60,000 nt of DNA from the NCBI GenBank assembly GCA_030390025.1, contig CM059432.1, positions 74,526,001 to 74,586,000 of the forward strand. The letters run 5' to 3'. The DNA comes from Squalus acanthias (Eukaryota). Made by a program: the position numbers and the translations under genes. Under the pieces are notes generated by a model that saw only the letters and a program-made list of their open reading frames with translations, was not told the origin of the DNA and made no database searches. This document shows, one piece after another, positions 48,935 through 60,000 of this stretch (positions are counted from its first letter, which is position 1; each line of letters starts with the position of its first letter).

Positions 48935-49321
48935 GTTCCAGAAACACGAGATGGAGGTTGTCAGAGGAATGGATCTAGGATCACAGTCTTCGATTGACCT
49001 TTGGTCAATTATCTAAATGGCCATCCTCACGTGTGAGCCTAGACAGTGAGCACCAGGAGGAAATTTGAGCATCGTGGGACATCACAACTGAGCTGGGACC
49101 TGTTGTTCACACAGAAACATTTTCCAGCAGGGATCACTGGGTAGCAGTCAGGAGCTGGAATCATGGCTTACTTTTTATGTAGCCCAGTCTTGCTGGGGAC
49201 AATAGCATCCATATTGTCGCCTTGGCTGAGATCAGCTAACCCAGTGTAGAATGGGGCTCAAGCCTGGCACCTACGGGTCCTATACGGCTCAATTTTACAT
49301 TAGCCCTGCTAGCTGAGCCAC
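48935..49321 (-). repeat. Unnamed tRNA-derived SINE
   Basis: Head GTGGCTCAGCTAG on the minus strand. Body matches 24560-25020. Confidence 0.5.
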
Positions 49322-50811
49322 GGGTGATGGGGGTGGGTGGGGGGGGGAGGAGCCTGAAACTATTCTAAATAAATAGGAAATTTGAACTTAACCTGCATAT
49401 GTATCTCTGACACCAAGCCAGCCACACACCTGAATAAATGCTGCAGGGTATAAACTGTACAGGCAACATTTGTGATTTAGATGCTGGAAATAAAGGTGAT
49501 GCTTTAAATCTGATAGACACTCCTACAGCCTGCATTTATAGGGGGAGGGGTTGCGGTAGGAGGAATGGTGGCCCAGGCTGCCCTGAAGAATGAGTTAAGA
49601 AGCTGTCAGGTAGTCTGCCTCAGGAATGGTGTGAGAATGAAGTCTTACGTGAATGAAGTGCATTGAACTGAAACGGCAGTCAGCTGATGGGCACTGGGAA
49701 AGCACTGAGCCGCTCAGTGCTGAACAGATGTAGCCTATAGATCTTTAGGCTTTAGTCAGTACAAAGGGAATGTTATCAGGTTCACTTATCAGGAAAGAAA
49801 AATATTAGCCTAGGAAACCGTAAGAAGGAAGTGAACAGCAGCTCACACGCACTTTGCAGCTGTTGTTGGAAGAAACCACCCTCTTGTGCTGGTCTGTGAC
49901 TCCATCTTCACTAATTGAATTTACTAAACATTTAACGTTTGCCCCTTCTCCAGAGCACGTACATTATGATGTACTGTGCTGGAATACGTACTGACTGAGC
50001 AAAGTCCTGTTAATCAACATAAAGATCTTTAACAACCTTTTGTTAACATCACAAGGCATCTATTGTGAATGTGTGCTGTCAGTCTGCAAAAAGAAAAATG
50101 TGGTTCCGCTGTGGAATCAAAAGGCCAAAGACAAAAAAAGTCTAAAAATTAACATTAGCCAGAGAGTAATTCAAAGCTGTAATCTAATCTCAGAGTTCAA
50201 ATGACAATAATAAGCTTTGCTCTTGAGGTTTATGACATCATCTGAGCCCTTCACTTACATTATAAACTTGCTGCTCATTATTATTTTCTATTTATAAAAC
50301 AATGATTGTTTCAGCATGCTGGAAAACACAAGGCCAATCTTCCTGACCTTTACCCCGAGGAAATGCCTATTCTTTGGTTGCAAAGGTCAGGAAAAAAGGG
50401 GACAGTGATCTGTTATGCAAGATCTGTGCCTCTTTGCGTTGGCCTAGGATTTCTGAAACTTCCCCCAGGGTTGGATCAGGGTCAGCGTAGCAATGTTAAT
50501 GAGGTGGGTGTTGGTGTTCCCTGCCTCCCGCCTCTATCTCCTGTGACTGCAGTCTAAGGGCACCCAGGAACAGGCAAAAGGCCCCGAGGCCAGGAACACA
50601 GTTGTTGGCCTCTCGGGCTACGTTTCCTGGCTAGAGGGCAGGCCTACACTGGGGTGCGATCATTCCATCTTATTGGTCCACTAAATTTGGGCACAGCTTG
50701 GCCTGGACAGGAGCAGGGTTTTTAAAGTGTGCTGTGTTTGTTCAACGCCAAGGCAGAGAGGTGGGAGGTAGGAGTAGACAGCAGAATGTAAAGGCAGCAG
50801 TGGGAAAGAAG

Positions 50812-51140
50812 GAAGAAAAACTTGCATTTATATAGCACCTTTTACAACCTCAGGATGTCCTAAAAAGGCCCCACAAACAGCAATGTGACAATGACCAGAT
50901 AATCTGTATTTTTGTAATGTTGGTTGAGGGATAAATATTGGCCAGATTACCAGGGAGAACTCCCGTGTTCTTCAAAATAGTGCCATAGGATCTTTTACAT
51001 CCATCTGAGAGGGCAGAGGGACCTCAGTTTTAACGAGTCATCCAAAAGATGGCACCTCCGACAGTGCAGCGCTCCCTCAGCACTGCACTGGAGTGTGACT
51101 CACAGGTGAGAGTAATATCACTGACCCACAGCTGACACCT
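50812..51140 (-). repeat. SacSINE1/DeuSINE-like SINE with deletions
   Basis: CTTGCATTTATATAGCACC, GTTGAGGGATAAATATTGGCCAG, CTCCCTCAGCACTGCACTGGAG. Confidence 0.8.
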
Positions 51141-51837
51141 TAATTAATATATGGCAGTCACGTGGCCTGGGTCTGGAGCATAGGGCAGCACAGCTTCAGC
51201 AACAAAAAAGTTATATTATTCCAGTCAATGTGCTGCAGCATTGTACATGGGGAGTCAAGACCCAATGTATTCTTCAGATGAAGTGGGACTAGACTGCGGG
51301 GAATAATTGGACATGAGGACACAGACAATTCAGTCCTCATTTTATGCATTCTGTCCTTATTGATATATAATACTTGATTTTTCATTATTATTTATAGTTA
51401 CACGGCAAAACCTGCCACAAGAAGGAAAATGGAGGCCTTGATTTCCCTCTGCTGTCTGGCCCAAATCAGCTGGGATAGTGGCGGAAACAGTGTGAAAATG
51501 GGACAGTGACGCCTACAGCCACCCACCCGACCCAATATGGACTTTTCTTCCCCAGCCATCCTCTCTGGGATGGTCACTCCTAGTCTGATTATAAACTACA
51601 GCGTGCAAGTAGGACCCAGTAAGTAACCCCATTTTCCTGTCTTACTTGTGTTTTTTAAAGAAAGACATCAAGTTAGAATGAGGAAGGACACTATGGGCTC
51701 GATTTTGCCATTGGTGGCAGGTTGGGGGCGGGTAAGGTGGTCGGCGGGTCCTGATCCCACCTCCGCTGTCGGGTGGGGAAAAATTGCGATTTTGCCCTAA
51801 TTGGGCAATTGATTCCCAGCGTGTATGAACCCGTGGT

Positions 51838-51902
51838 CCAATTAGTTTTTTGGGCCTGAAACTCATCTCTGATGACGTCATTTCTCTAGCTGCATTTAAG
51901 GG
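51838..51902 (+). promoter_or_regulatory. Putative Myb-gene promoter module of Harbinger (CCAAT, CRE-like TGACGTCA, TATA-like ATTTAAGGG)
   Basis: Same ordered motifs recur upstream of Myb exon 1 in other copies (about 20585-20650 +, 57898-57962 +, 18160-18228 -, 6432-6498 -, 4276-4343 -). Confidence 0.4.
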
Positions 51903-51980
51903 CTCCAAGCAGTCTTGGTTCATTTTGTGCCTAAACGCTTGTGTTTGCTTCTGATCAAAATAGTTTTTGGAGCTAGTGCA

Positions 51981-53899
51981 ATGTCGACTTCAAGACCCAA
52001 GGCCTCAACACGCTTTAATGATGACTCACTCCATGCTCTGGTGGAGGGAGCCAGAGAAAAAAAGGAGGTGCCCTTTCCATCCTCTGGGAGGAAAAAACCT
52101 CCCCAGCAGACCAAAGCTGTGTTGCTGCAAGTTGCCCAGGAGGTCAGTTCCAGATCGACGTGCAGCAGAACCTGGCTGCAGTGCCGAAAGAGGGTCAATG
52201 ACCTTGTCCGAACAGGCAAACTGAGTATACCATCACCTTTACCCTCATTCTGCTCCCCATCTCCTCTCAGCACCATCACTCTGCATTGTCAACCTACTCC
52301 TACACATCCCACTTTACCCTAACATCCCTTGCACCCTTAACCATTCCATCTCTCTCTCTGTGCACAATCACTTCACTATTCGACTATGCTGCCCTCACAC
52401 TCTCTATCACTGTTATGCTATGACAACAACTAACAACACACAGGGAGGGCCCTTAGTATTGGAACCTCACTCCATCTTTGTGTCCTTCTAAGCATCTATG
52501 CTATGGATTATCTACACTCTCTCCATCATTCTCACTCAAACTCCACTTGTGTCCCTCATTGCAGGAAAAGAGAGCCCACAATAAGAGGGAAAGGGCGAAG
52601 ACCGGAGGAGAGCCACCCTCAATAGCCCATCTTACCAGCGCAGAGGAGGCGGCCCTTGAGATCGTTGGCGCCGAGGAGCATGTGGAAGTGGGGGACGGAC
52701 AGACGGGCACATCAGAGCAAGCTGGTGACAGAATAGTTTTTCATCTCTCTCATTGACATTGCATGAGTGACTGATATGGCTTCTGATGCTCAAACATGCT
52801 ACGTTTATATCACATGTCTAACTCATGCCTTTACTCCCCCACAGGACCATCGACAGCCCCCCCCCCACTGTCCAGGAGGAAGAGCCTGAGCTGGAAGATT
52901 CCTCAGAGGAACCTGCAACCTCTGAGGGCGCAGCGTCAGCAGAATTAAGCGCACCCAGCACCAGCGCAGATATGCACACCTCGGTGGGACCTTCGGGACA
53001 TCGAGTAGTGTTGTCACCTGGTGTATCACAGCTCACAAGTGAGCATCAGCAGATGGTGGAGACAGGGACAGCAGTGGAGAGTCCTCGTCGGAGGCCGCAG
53101 GCTGCTCCCAGCTCTGCTCAGCTGCATGTCGACCCTGTGCCTCTGGGTCCATCCAGAAGGAGAGCGGTGCTGGAACTCCAGGAACAGGTGTGGGAGTCTC
53201 TGGCAGGTTTTATCTCCAGGGTCACTGTGAGTGTGGAGCGGATGGAGGAGTCCAACGCTAACCTTTGTGGAGGCATTGGCGAATGAACACATCACCGCGG
53301 AAAGGATGGCAACCTCCGTGGAAAGGATGGCAACGGTAGAGGAGAGGATGGCTACGGCCATGGAGGAGCTAAGTTGCCAGAGTGAGAAAAACATGACGAA
53401 TGTTCAGAATAGACTGACATCTCTGGAGGAGTGATAGACAGCTATTGATCAGAGACACCAGACCTTCATGGAAGTCCTCTGGAGTAGGACTGCCAGTGCA
53501 GAAACGGGTCCTCATGGCCCCCCTGATGTGCAGCAAGGTGCTGTCAAGCCACTTGTTAGCTCTGAAGTGGGGCTGACCCATGAGAGGGATGTTGGTGGCA
53601 GAGAACAAGGAAGTGGGGGCTCCTCTCCAAGCGCTCACACTCCCATGCCACTGTGGAGCCCTCGGTCAGAGCCCCACCAGAGTCCTCACCCAACTGAGAT
53701 GGGCGTCTCATCCCCTGCACAGCCACAGGAGGAGCAGACTGTTGCCGAGCCCTCACAGGCTCGCAACCCCAGAGGACGCCCGCCAAAGGTGTCGAAGCAG
53801 GAGCAGCATGAGAGTGAGCAAGGGGCCTCCACATCTGCTGAAGCCACAGGGGAAGCACCATGTAGGAGCACGCGTAAGAGGAAGATAAAGCACAAGTAG
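51981..53899 (+). pseudogene. Harbinger Myb/SANT protein gene, 3 exons (51981-52220, 52565-52724, 52845-53899), disrupted
   Basis: RFNDDSLHALVEG...RTWLQCRKRVNDL. Exon 1 donor mutated (CTGAGT). Exon 3 has a frameshift and stops and ends RGRPPK...RSTRKRKIKHK*. Confidence 0.85.
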
Positions 53900-54157
53900 T
53901 CACAAGGGTAGTCACTTGGGTGTTCTGTTGTGTTTAATTGTTAAATGCTATCCTTTAGTCAATGTATTAAAATGAAGTGATGGCAAACTGTTGAAGTTCT
54001 AGACTCTGTCATTTCAGAAATGGAAGTTCCACATTGAGGGCTCAGGGCGAATGGTATTTGTCATGATGGTGGTCAGAGTGATAGGAAGCCACAGGTTCTT
54101 GTCAATTATCTATGGTGTGGTAAGAAGGTGCCAGGTACATGTGTTTGAATGGGCAAC

Positions 54158-55413
54158 TTAAGCAAATCTGGCCAAGATGAGTGCATCCCTTGCATCCCGG
54201 GCAGCAATGTGCTCGCGTGCTGCTGCAGCTGGTTGATGCGCATCCGCAAGGTTTTCGTTCTTCTCCTCCTCCTCCTCTCCTCCTCCTCATCCTCCTCCTC
54301 ATCTGAGGAGGCTATGCGCTGAGCCATTTGTTCCTCAGGCAGCTGCAAGCCACGATGATGTGCCATGTTGTGCAGTGCACAGCAGACCACGACGATTCTG
54401 GAGACCCTGGCTGTGGAGTACTGCAAGGCTCCACCTGATCTGTCAAGGCATCTGAATCACATCTTCAGCAAGCCGATGGTTTGCTCGATGATGGATCTGG
54501 TCAAAATGTGGCTGGAGTTGTAGTGCTCCTCAACTTAGTTGGATGGCCTCCTGAATGGTGTCATTAGCCACGTCTTCAGGGGATAGCCCTTGTCTCCAAG
54601 TAGCCATCTGCAAAGTTGGTTTGGCGGATTGAAGAGCAGAGGCACACTAGACTGCCGCAGGATGAACGAGTCATGGGAACTGCCACGGTACTTGGCGCAA
54701 ACATGCAAAATGTCCTTCTTGTGGTTACACACCAGCTGCACGTTGAGGGAGTGGAAGCCCTTGCGGTTGACAAAAAGAGCTGGGTTGTGATGGGGTGCCT
54801 TAAAGGTCACATGTGTGCAGTCTACGACACCCTGCACCCTTGGCAAGCCTGCCATATTTGCAAAGTCAACTGCACGCGCAGTTATACTTGCTTCATCCAT
54901 GGAGAAGTGGATGTAATTGTGCGCCTTTGCAAAGAGGGCATTGGTAACCTGCGTGATGCAAGTGTGCGCGGCCGACTGCGAGATGCCGCTGATGTCTGCT
55001 GATGATCCCTGGAAGGACCCTGAAGCAAAAAAGTTGAGTGCAGTGGTGACTTTGACAGCCACTGGCTAGGGGTGTCCACCCGCTCCTCTGGGCTCCAGGT
55101 GTTGGTGCAGCATTGCGCAGATGTCACTGACTACCTCTCACGAAAGTCTCAGCCTCCTTTGGCACTGCTGCTCAGTCATGTTGAGGAAGCTCATCCTCAT
55201 CCTGTAAACCCTGTTTTGGGGGTACCTCCTGCGGTGACGTGTTTCCCTGCACTGGCGCCTTCTGCCCTGTGCACCATCAGGTGGGTGAGCAGAAGGTCGG
55301 CGCTCCTGTTGTTGGTGCTGTTGGTGCTGCTGTTGTGCCTGGTGCTGCTGCTGCCGCGGCTGCTCGCCCTCCGAATCTGAAGACCAGGATGAAAGGAAAT
55401 AAATGGTTCCCAT
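54158..55413 (-). pseudogene. Harbinger DDE transposase, full length but with several nonsense changes and a frameshift
   Basis: All three catalytic motifs present (VVDCTH, LLGDKGY, IIEQTIG). Stops near 55138, 55067, 54535 and 54457. Confidence 0.92.
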
Positions 55414-57289
55414 GCTGCTGGTAGATATCTCCATTGAGGAAGCGCTCAGTCAATGTGGGGAGAGGGTTTTCCCAGGAGGTCACAGTGGAGATGGATCTCA
55501 GCTTCACCACTTCCAAGATCAGTGGACCTGCAAAAAGTTCTCCAAGACCTGAAAAAACAAAGTTCTGTCATCTGTAAGTGAGCCTTGTTGAGAGCACCGT
55601 TTTTATGGTGGAGCTGCAGCTGTTAGGAAGCCAGCTACTTGTCAACCCGACAGGATTAGCTGGCATGTTTCAGGAGAGACGTGCAGCACGCTGGAAATGT
55701 GGCAAAATTTGAAAGGTCTCTCAAAATGGGATTATAGAGGTACTTCAGTGGTAGTTAAGTACCTTAAGGGCCTATCCCACCGCCTGGAGCCGCGACCGAA
55801 ACTGACTCTGCAAGCCCGCCTCTGGCAAAGTTGCGCGGAGGCGGGTTGACGGCGGGATCGGAACCCGCCGTCATTTTTTCACATTTTCCCACCAGTTCCG
55901 CCTCCAAACCCGCCTCCTCAGGGCTGGTAAAATCTAGCCCTTATCTGTCTACCTTTCATTCTATCTGTCTGACTGGTGTTAGCAATTAGGATCTCTGTCT
56001 TACTGGAATAAGAAATTAGCAATTAGCTTTTCTATCAACAAAACATTCGTGGATAATTCAAACTTCAACTTATGTTTTTCAATATTGAGCTAACAGGTAG
56101 TTTCTCTGTTTGTCTCTCTACCCCTCTCCCTCACTTTCGCTATCTCTCTCTCTACCCCCAGCTTAATAAACTTTCTGAAGTTTATAGAACACAAAGCAAA
56201 TATTACAACAGGTATGTAATTAGAACAGTCATTTTCTTCTCATTCTGTCTGTCTCTCTCTCACACACAAACACACACATACAGCCTCTCTGTTTATGTAA
56301 AAAAAATCAATATAAATTTTACTTCAATAAAACTTTTGAAATTTGTCCTCTCATCTTCCAAAATTATTTGAAGAAAAGTTACTATGTAGAAAGTACCAGA
56401 AGCTAAATATTTCATTTGTACAGCTGACTAAATGGTACTGATGCATCCTGGGAAATTAGACACACTGCACATGCTCAGACTGCACAATCCAAATCCAGCC
56501 CACAGAGGTACAGCTCTGGCCAAAATAAGAAATCTAAGCCCAGGTTTTTGGGAGACTGAGGCACTCATGCTCCTCTTTTCCTCATAAGCAAAGTAAACAA
56601 AAAGTTCAAGAACTTAAGCTGTTTGGGCTTCTTCTTCTCAGGGTGGAGTTCGGGCAGGGCGAGACATCCACCTGCTCCTCTGTCTTTGCCTCAGCTCTCA
56701 CCTATTTTCCTGGGTCAAGGCGCATTACACATGCACGGTGGGAATCCTGCTGTTGAGAGGAAGCCTGCCAGCACAATGGCAGTGCTGCAACTGGGATGCT
56801 GAGACAGCACTAAGCGATCTGGGAGCAGCATTAAAGGGGCCGAAGGACCCTGAATATTAGAGCAGAGCAGCCCGAGTTTGGCCCAGATCAGCTTCATTCA
56901 TTTACATGAAAGTTTAGCACTTTAGACCAGCCAGGAGGCAATCTAGAGGCACTTGTGTTGGGAAAAATAGTACCAGCTGAATATAAAGCAGGAAACAATA
57001 CTAATTCCTTATTTTGCTTTACAGTAGAACCTTGCACGGATGAAGTTTCTGTTTCTGATGCCAAAACCAATTTTTTATCTGGTTTACCTTGGCTGGATGT
57101 TTTAATTTAATATTAGACATATCAATAATGTATTAAACAATCTTATGCCTGTGCACAGTTCCTGTCTACAAAACCATACTTCTGTTGTTAAAACACAAAA
57201 AGTCAAAATACTCAGCTGAGACACAAATATATATCTTGTATGTCTTTTTATTTCTTTTATTTCTCTCATTTATGCTGCCTTTGTCTCCT

Positions 57290-57550
57290 GCTAATATCAT
57301 GTCTGCCATTTAATCACCTCCTGTCCTCCACCCAAGCACGTCACAGGTCATTCTATTTATTTTCTTGTCTGTTAGTGTTTTTCCCCTCCCCCTTCCCTTG
57401 TTGTGTTCCTTTTTAAATGCTGCGCATCTGTAATATCTACCAGTCTGGGGGAAGAGCCAAAAGCCTGAAACGGATTCTGCGTGACCTACTGAGCATTTCC
57501 AGCTTTTCTGTTTCTAGTTTCAGATTTCAAGCATTAGCAGTATTTTTTTT
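57290..57550 (+). repeat. Decayed Penelope-like 3' UTR/pseudo-LTR remnant
   Basis: CAGTCTGGGGGAAG...CCTGAAACG...TGACCTACTGAGCATTTCCAGCTTTTCTGTTTC...TTTCAGATTTCAAGCA, similar to 20650-20742. Confidence 0.5.
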
Positions 57551-57747
57551 TGTTCTTACTTCTATTGTCATGTTTGTGTCACAGTATTATGTTGACTTTT
57601 TCCATTTATAATGGAAACAACCGATGTTAACTTGTCAAGCTTTAATTGCAGGGGGTGCTCTTGTTGACACTCATTTGCCTCAGTTTTATATCTCTCAGCT
57701 CCTCAGACTGTACTGCACAGAAACTCTTATCCTCCAACCAACTCTAT

Positions 57748-59211
57748 GGCCGGAATCTTTACCTGAGCATCGGGGCGGGTGCGTGCGGGCCGCATAGCGG
57801 GTCGCCAGCCCGAACTTTTTAACAGGATTGGAGCTGCAGGAGCCCTGCGCGTTTAACTCAATTACATCAATTGAAACAGTCATGCGAGTTTCCCGGTCCA
57901 ATTAAATGGAGCGGGTCTGCTGATGTCACCGATGACTCGTTTTCAGCACAGATATTTAAAGCAGCCTTGCACACATCCCAGTTGAAGGTTGTTGTAGGAG
58001 AGATAAAGGTGGTTGGGAGACGTAGAAATTGTTGGATATCACTGAGATTTGTGTGGGTCATGGAGTCACAGCGACAGAATGTTGCAATCAGATTCCCTGA
58101 TGCCTCCCTGGAAGTGCTAATCCAGGGAGTTAGAACACGCAGGGAGGTCCTGTTCCCTGAGGATGGATGCAAAAGACCAGCCAGAGACACCAAGAGGGCA
58201 TGGCTGGAGATCACGGAGGAGGTCAGCAGCAGGGATGTCGTAAGGCGTTCCTGGATCCAGTGCCGGAAAAGATTTGATGATCTCATGAGGTCAGGAAAGG
58301 TGAATGCAATGCCACATTCAACTACATCCTGAAGTGCCTGTCACCACAACCCCATCACTCTGCCGTCCCAAGCCTACTCCTGCACGTCAATCCTCACACC
58401 AACCTACTTGGCAGGTGCACCTATCCCTCACTCTCTATGCACCTACTCACATCCCCATCTGACTAACCACCATGGACACTCCCCCTCAGCCTAATTCAAT
58501 CATAGCAAGTAACACCACTGAAGGAGGTCATTTGGCAATGTCAATCCACTCCCTCATAGACACCCTTTACAGATGTAGCCCATCCATTCCTTACACTCAT
58601 TCCATCACTCTCACTCAAAGTTCTCTTCTTTCCCTCCTTGCAGGAGAAGAGAGCTCAGAACAACAAGGTGAGACAGCGAACTGGAGGTGACCCTCCAATA
58701 TTCACCAACTTGACTCCAGCAGAGGAGGAGGTGCTTGGAATCTCTGGAGTTGCAGAGCTGCTGGTGGTGGGAGACGGAGAGAGGGGGACCTCCCAGCAAC
58801 CTGGTGACAGAATTAAATCTCATACAATCACATGGCATACAACAGTCACTCATGGTGACTTGATATCAGCAGCCAGTGAAATATCATCATGTGCATAATG
58901 GTAACGTTACCCATTGCTTTGTGGTGTTGTTGGGGTGGGGTGGGTTGGGGGGAAGTTGGTACAGCATCTGGGAACCATATGGGTGGACTGGTGCAAGTTA
59001 AGTAAATCAGGCCATTATGAGGCCATCCTGGGACTCCCGGGAAGCAACATGCGCCGCTGCTGGTGCCATCTCCACCTCAGGTTCCTCCTCCTCCTCCTCT
59101 AAAAAGGCTGCGCGCTCTGCGCCTTGCTCCTCCTGCAGCTCCAATCCTCGCTGCTGCACTATGTTGTGCAGCGCACAGCATACAACGATGATTCTGGAGA
59201 CCCTGGCTGGT
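57748..59211 (-). mobile_element. One-ended Harbinger fragment (copy A family): Myb exons 1-2 joined to the transposase 3' end
   Basis: TIR GGCCGGAATCTTTAC at 57748. Transposase C-terminus [17 protein letters not shown]...EEEEE on the minus strand at 58997-59211. Second TIR absent. Confidence 0.8.
58060..58803 (+). CDS. Myb/SANT (NAIF1-like) exons 1-2 (58060-58299, 58644-58803), open frame, exon 3 deleted
   Basis: MESQRQNVAIRFPDASLEVLIQG...WLEITEEV...RSWIQCRKRFDDL. Canonical GT/AG sites, 240 + 160 nt, no stops. Confidence 0.55.
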
Positions 59212-59789
59212 GCCATAATACATGTGCAGTCTACCATAAGTCCATTAATCCAGCTTCTCTAAACGAGTGACTGCCAATTAAGTCAGAAACACTGTGCCGG
59301 CACCTTTGTTCTCAAGCTTGCTAGTAACATTTATCGTAGTTTTTCGTTGCAAACTGCTTCTCTTTTTCTCAGCTTCAGTTAATAATTGAGATAAATAACA
59401 GCAATAAATGCAATAGCCCCCTGCTCTCTTGGTTTAAATTGGTTGGAATGCATTTTTGCTCATCAATTAGCAAGGCTTTTGCAAACATTCATCTGGAAAT
59501 CCTTATCAAGAACATTTGTAGTACCCTATCAAGCACAGTACCTTGAAGCACCAACACACGCACAAGGAGTGGAAATATGCAGGTTTGTATCTGTGACTCC
59601 AGTCTCCGCTGTGCTCTATTAATTGTTTTCTTTAGGTACTGTGTACACCAGCCACCTTCTATCTTTTTCTTATGTGTGACAACCACCTAATAGAGTTTAC
59701 TTACTTTGTCAAAATCTACTGCAGGGTTACACTTAAAAGCAAGGTCCTGAGAAGTAATTTATTGCAGTACTTTACTGCGTAATATTTGG

Positions 59790-60000
59790 ACAACAACAAC
59801 AACGACAACAACAACAACTTGTATTTATATAGCGGCGTTAACATAGTAAATGTCCCAAGGCGCTTCACAGGACTATTAAAAGACAAAAAATTTGACACCG
59901 AGCCACATAAGGAGAAATTAGGGCAGGTGACCAAAAGCTTGGTCAAAGAGGTAGGTTTTAAGGAGCGTCTTAAAGGAGGAAAGAGAGGTAGCGAGGCGGA
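59790..60000 (-). mobile_element. L2 LINE 3' end (continues beyond window)
   Basis: (CAA)n tail and CTTGTATTTATATAGCG. Reverse match to 8085-8262. Confidence 0.88.

Larger units (their letters stand above)
51695..55940 (-). mobile_element. PIF/Harbinger DNA transposon copy C (two-gene, defective), body closely related to copy B
   Basis: TIR GGGCTCGATTTTGCC / GGTAAAATCTAGCCC. Flanks TAT / TTA(T), so TSD imperfect. Myb (+) and transposase (-) are convergent. Confidence 0.92.

Noticed and set aside
1480..55413. Calling the transposase ORFs the host gene HARBI1, or the Myb ORFs NAIF1
   Set aside because: They are multi-copy, flanked by TIRs and TSDs, and carry stops and frameshifts, so they are transposon copies rather than domesticated genes.

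Overview
Repeat-dominated eukaryotic genomic DNA, very likely from a cartilaginous fish (shark/ray). This is inferred from HE1-type V-SINE, SacSINE1/DeuSINE-like copies, CR1 and L2 LINEs. No host protein-coding gene could be identified with confidence; only a few candidate exons are noted. The window holds a dense, nested set of PIF/Harbinger DNA transposons. Three are full two-gene copies with a convergent DDE transposase and a 3-exon Myb/SANT gene, all pseudogenised (938-6643, 14307-18369, 51695-55940). There are also several deletion derivatives and MITEs with 3-bp TSDs, plus pogo/mariner and hAT MITEs. The most striking structure is a young Penelope-like (Neptune-type RT + GIY-YIG) insertion at 37431-40922. 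It forms a head-to-head palindrome with ~1.33-kb arms, a minimal hammerhead-ribozyme-like motif in each arm, a CCAT microhomology junction and a target-site deletion. Also notable are a LINE that appears to carry a tRNA-Thr-like Pol III head with no ORF1, and a tRNA-Lys(UUU)/L2-tail chimera. All family assignments are from visual motif recognition; no database searches were run.
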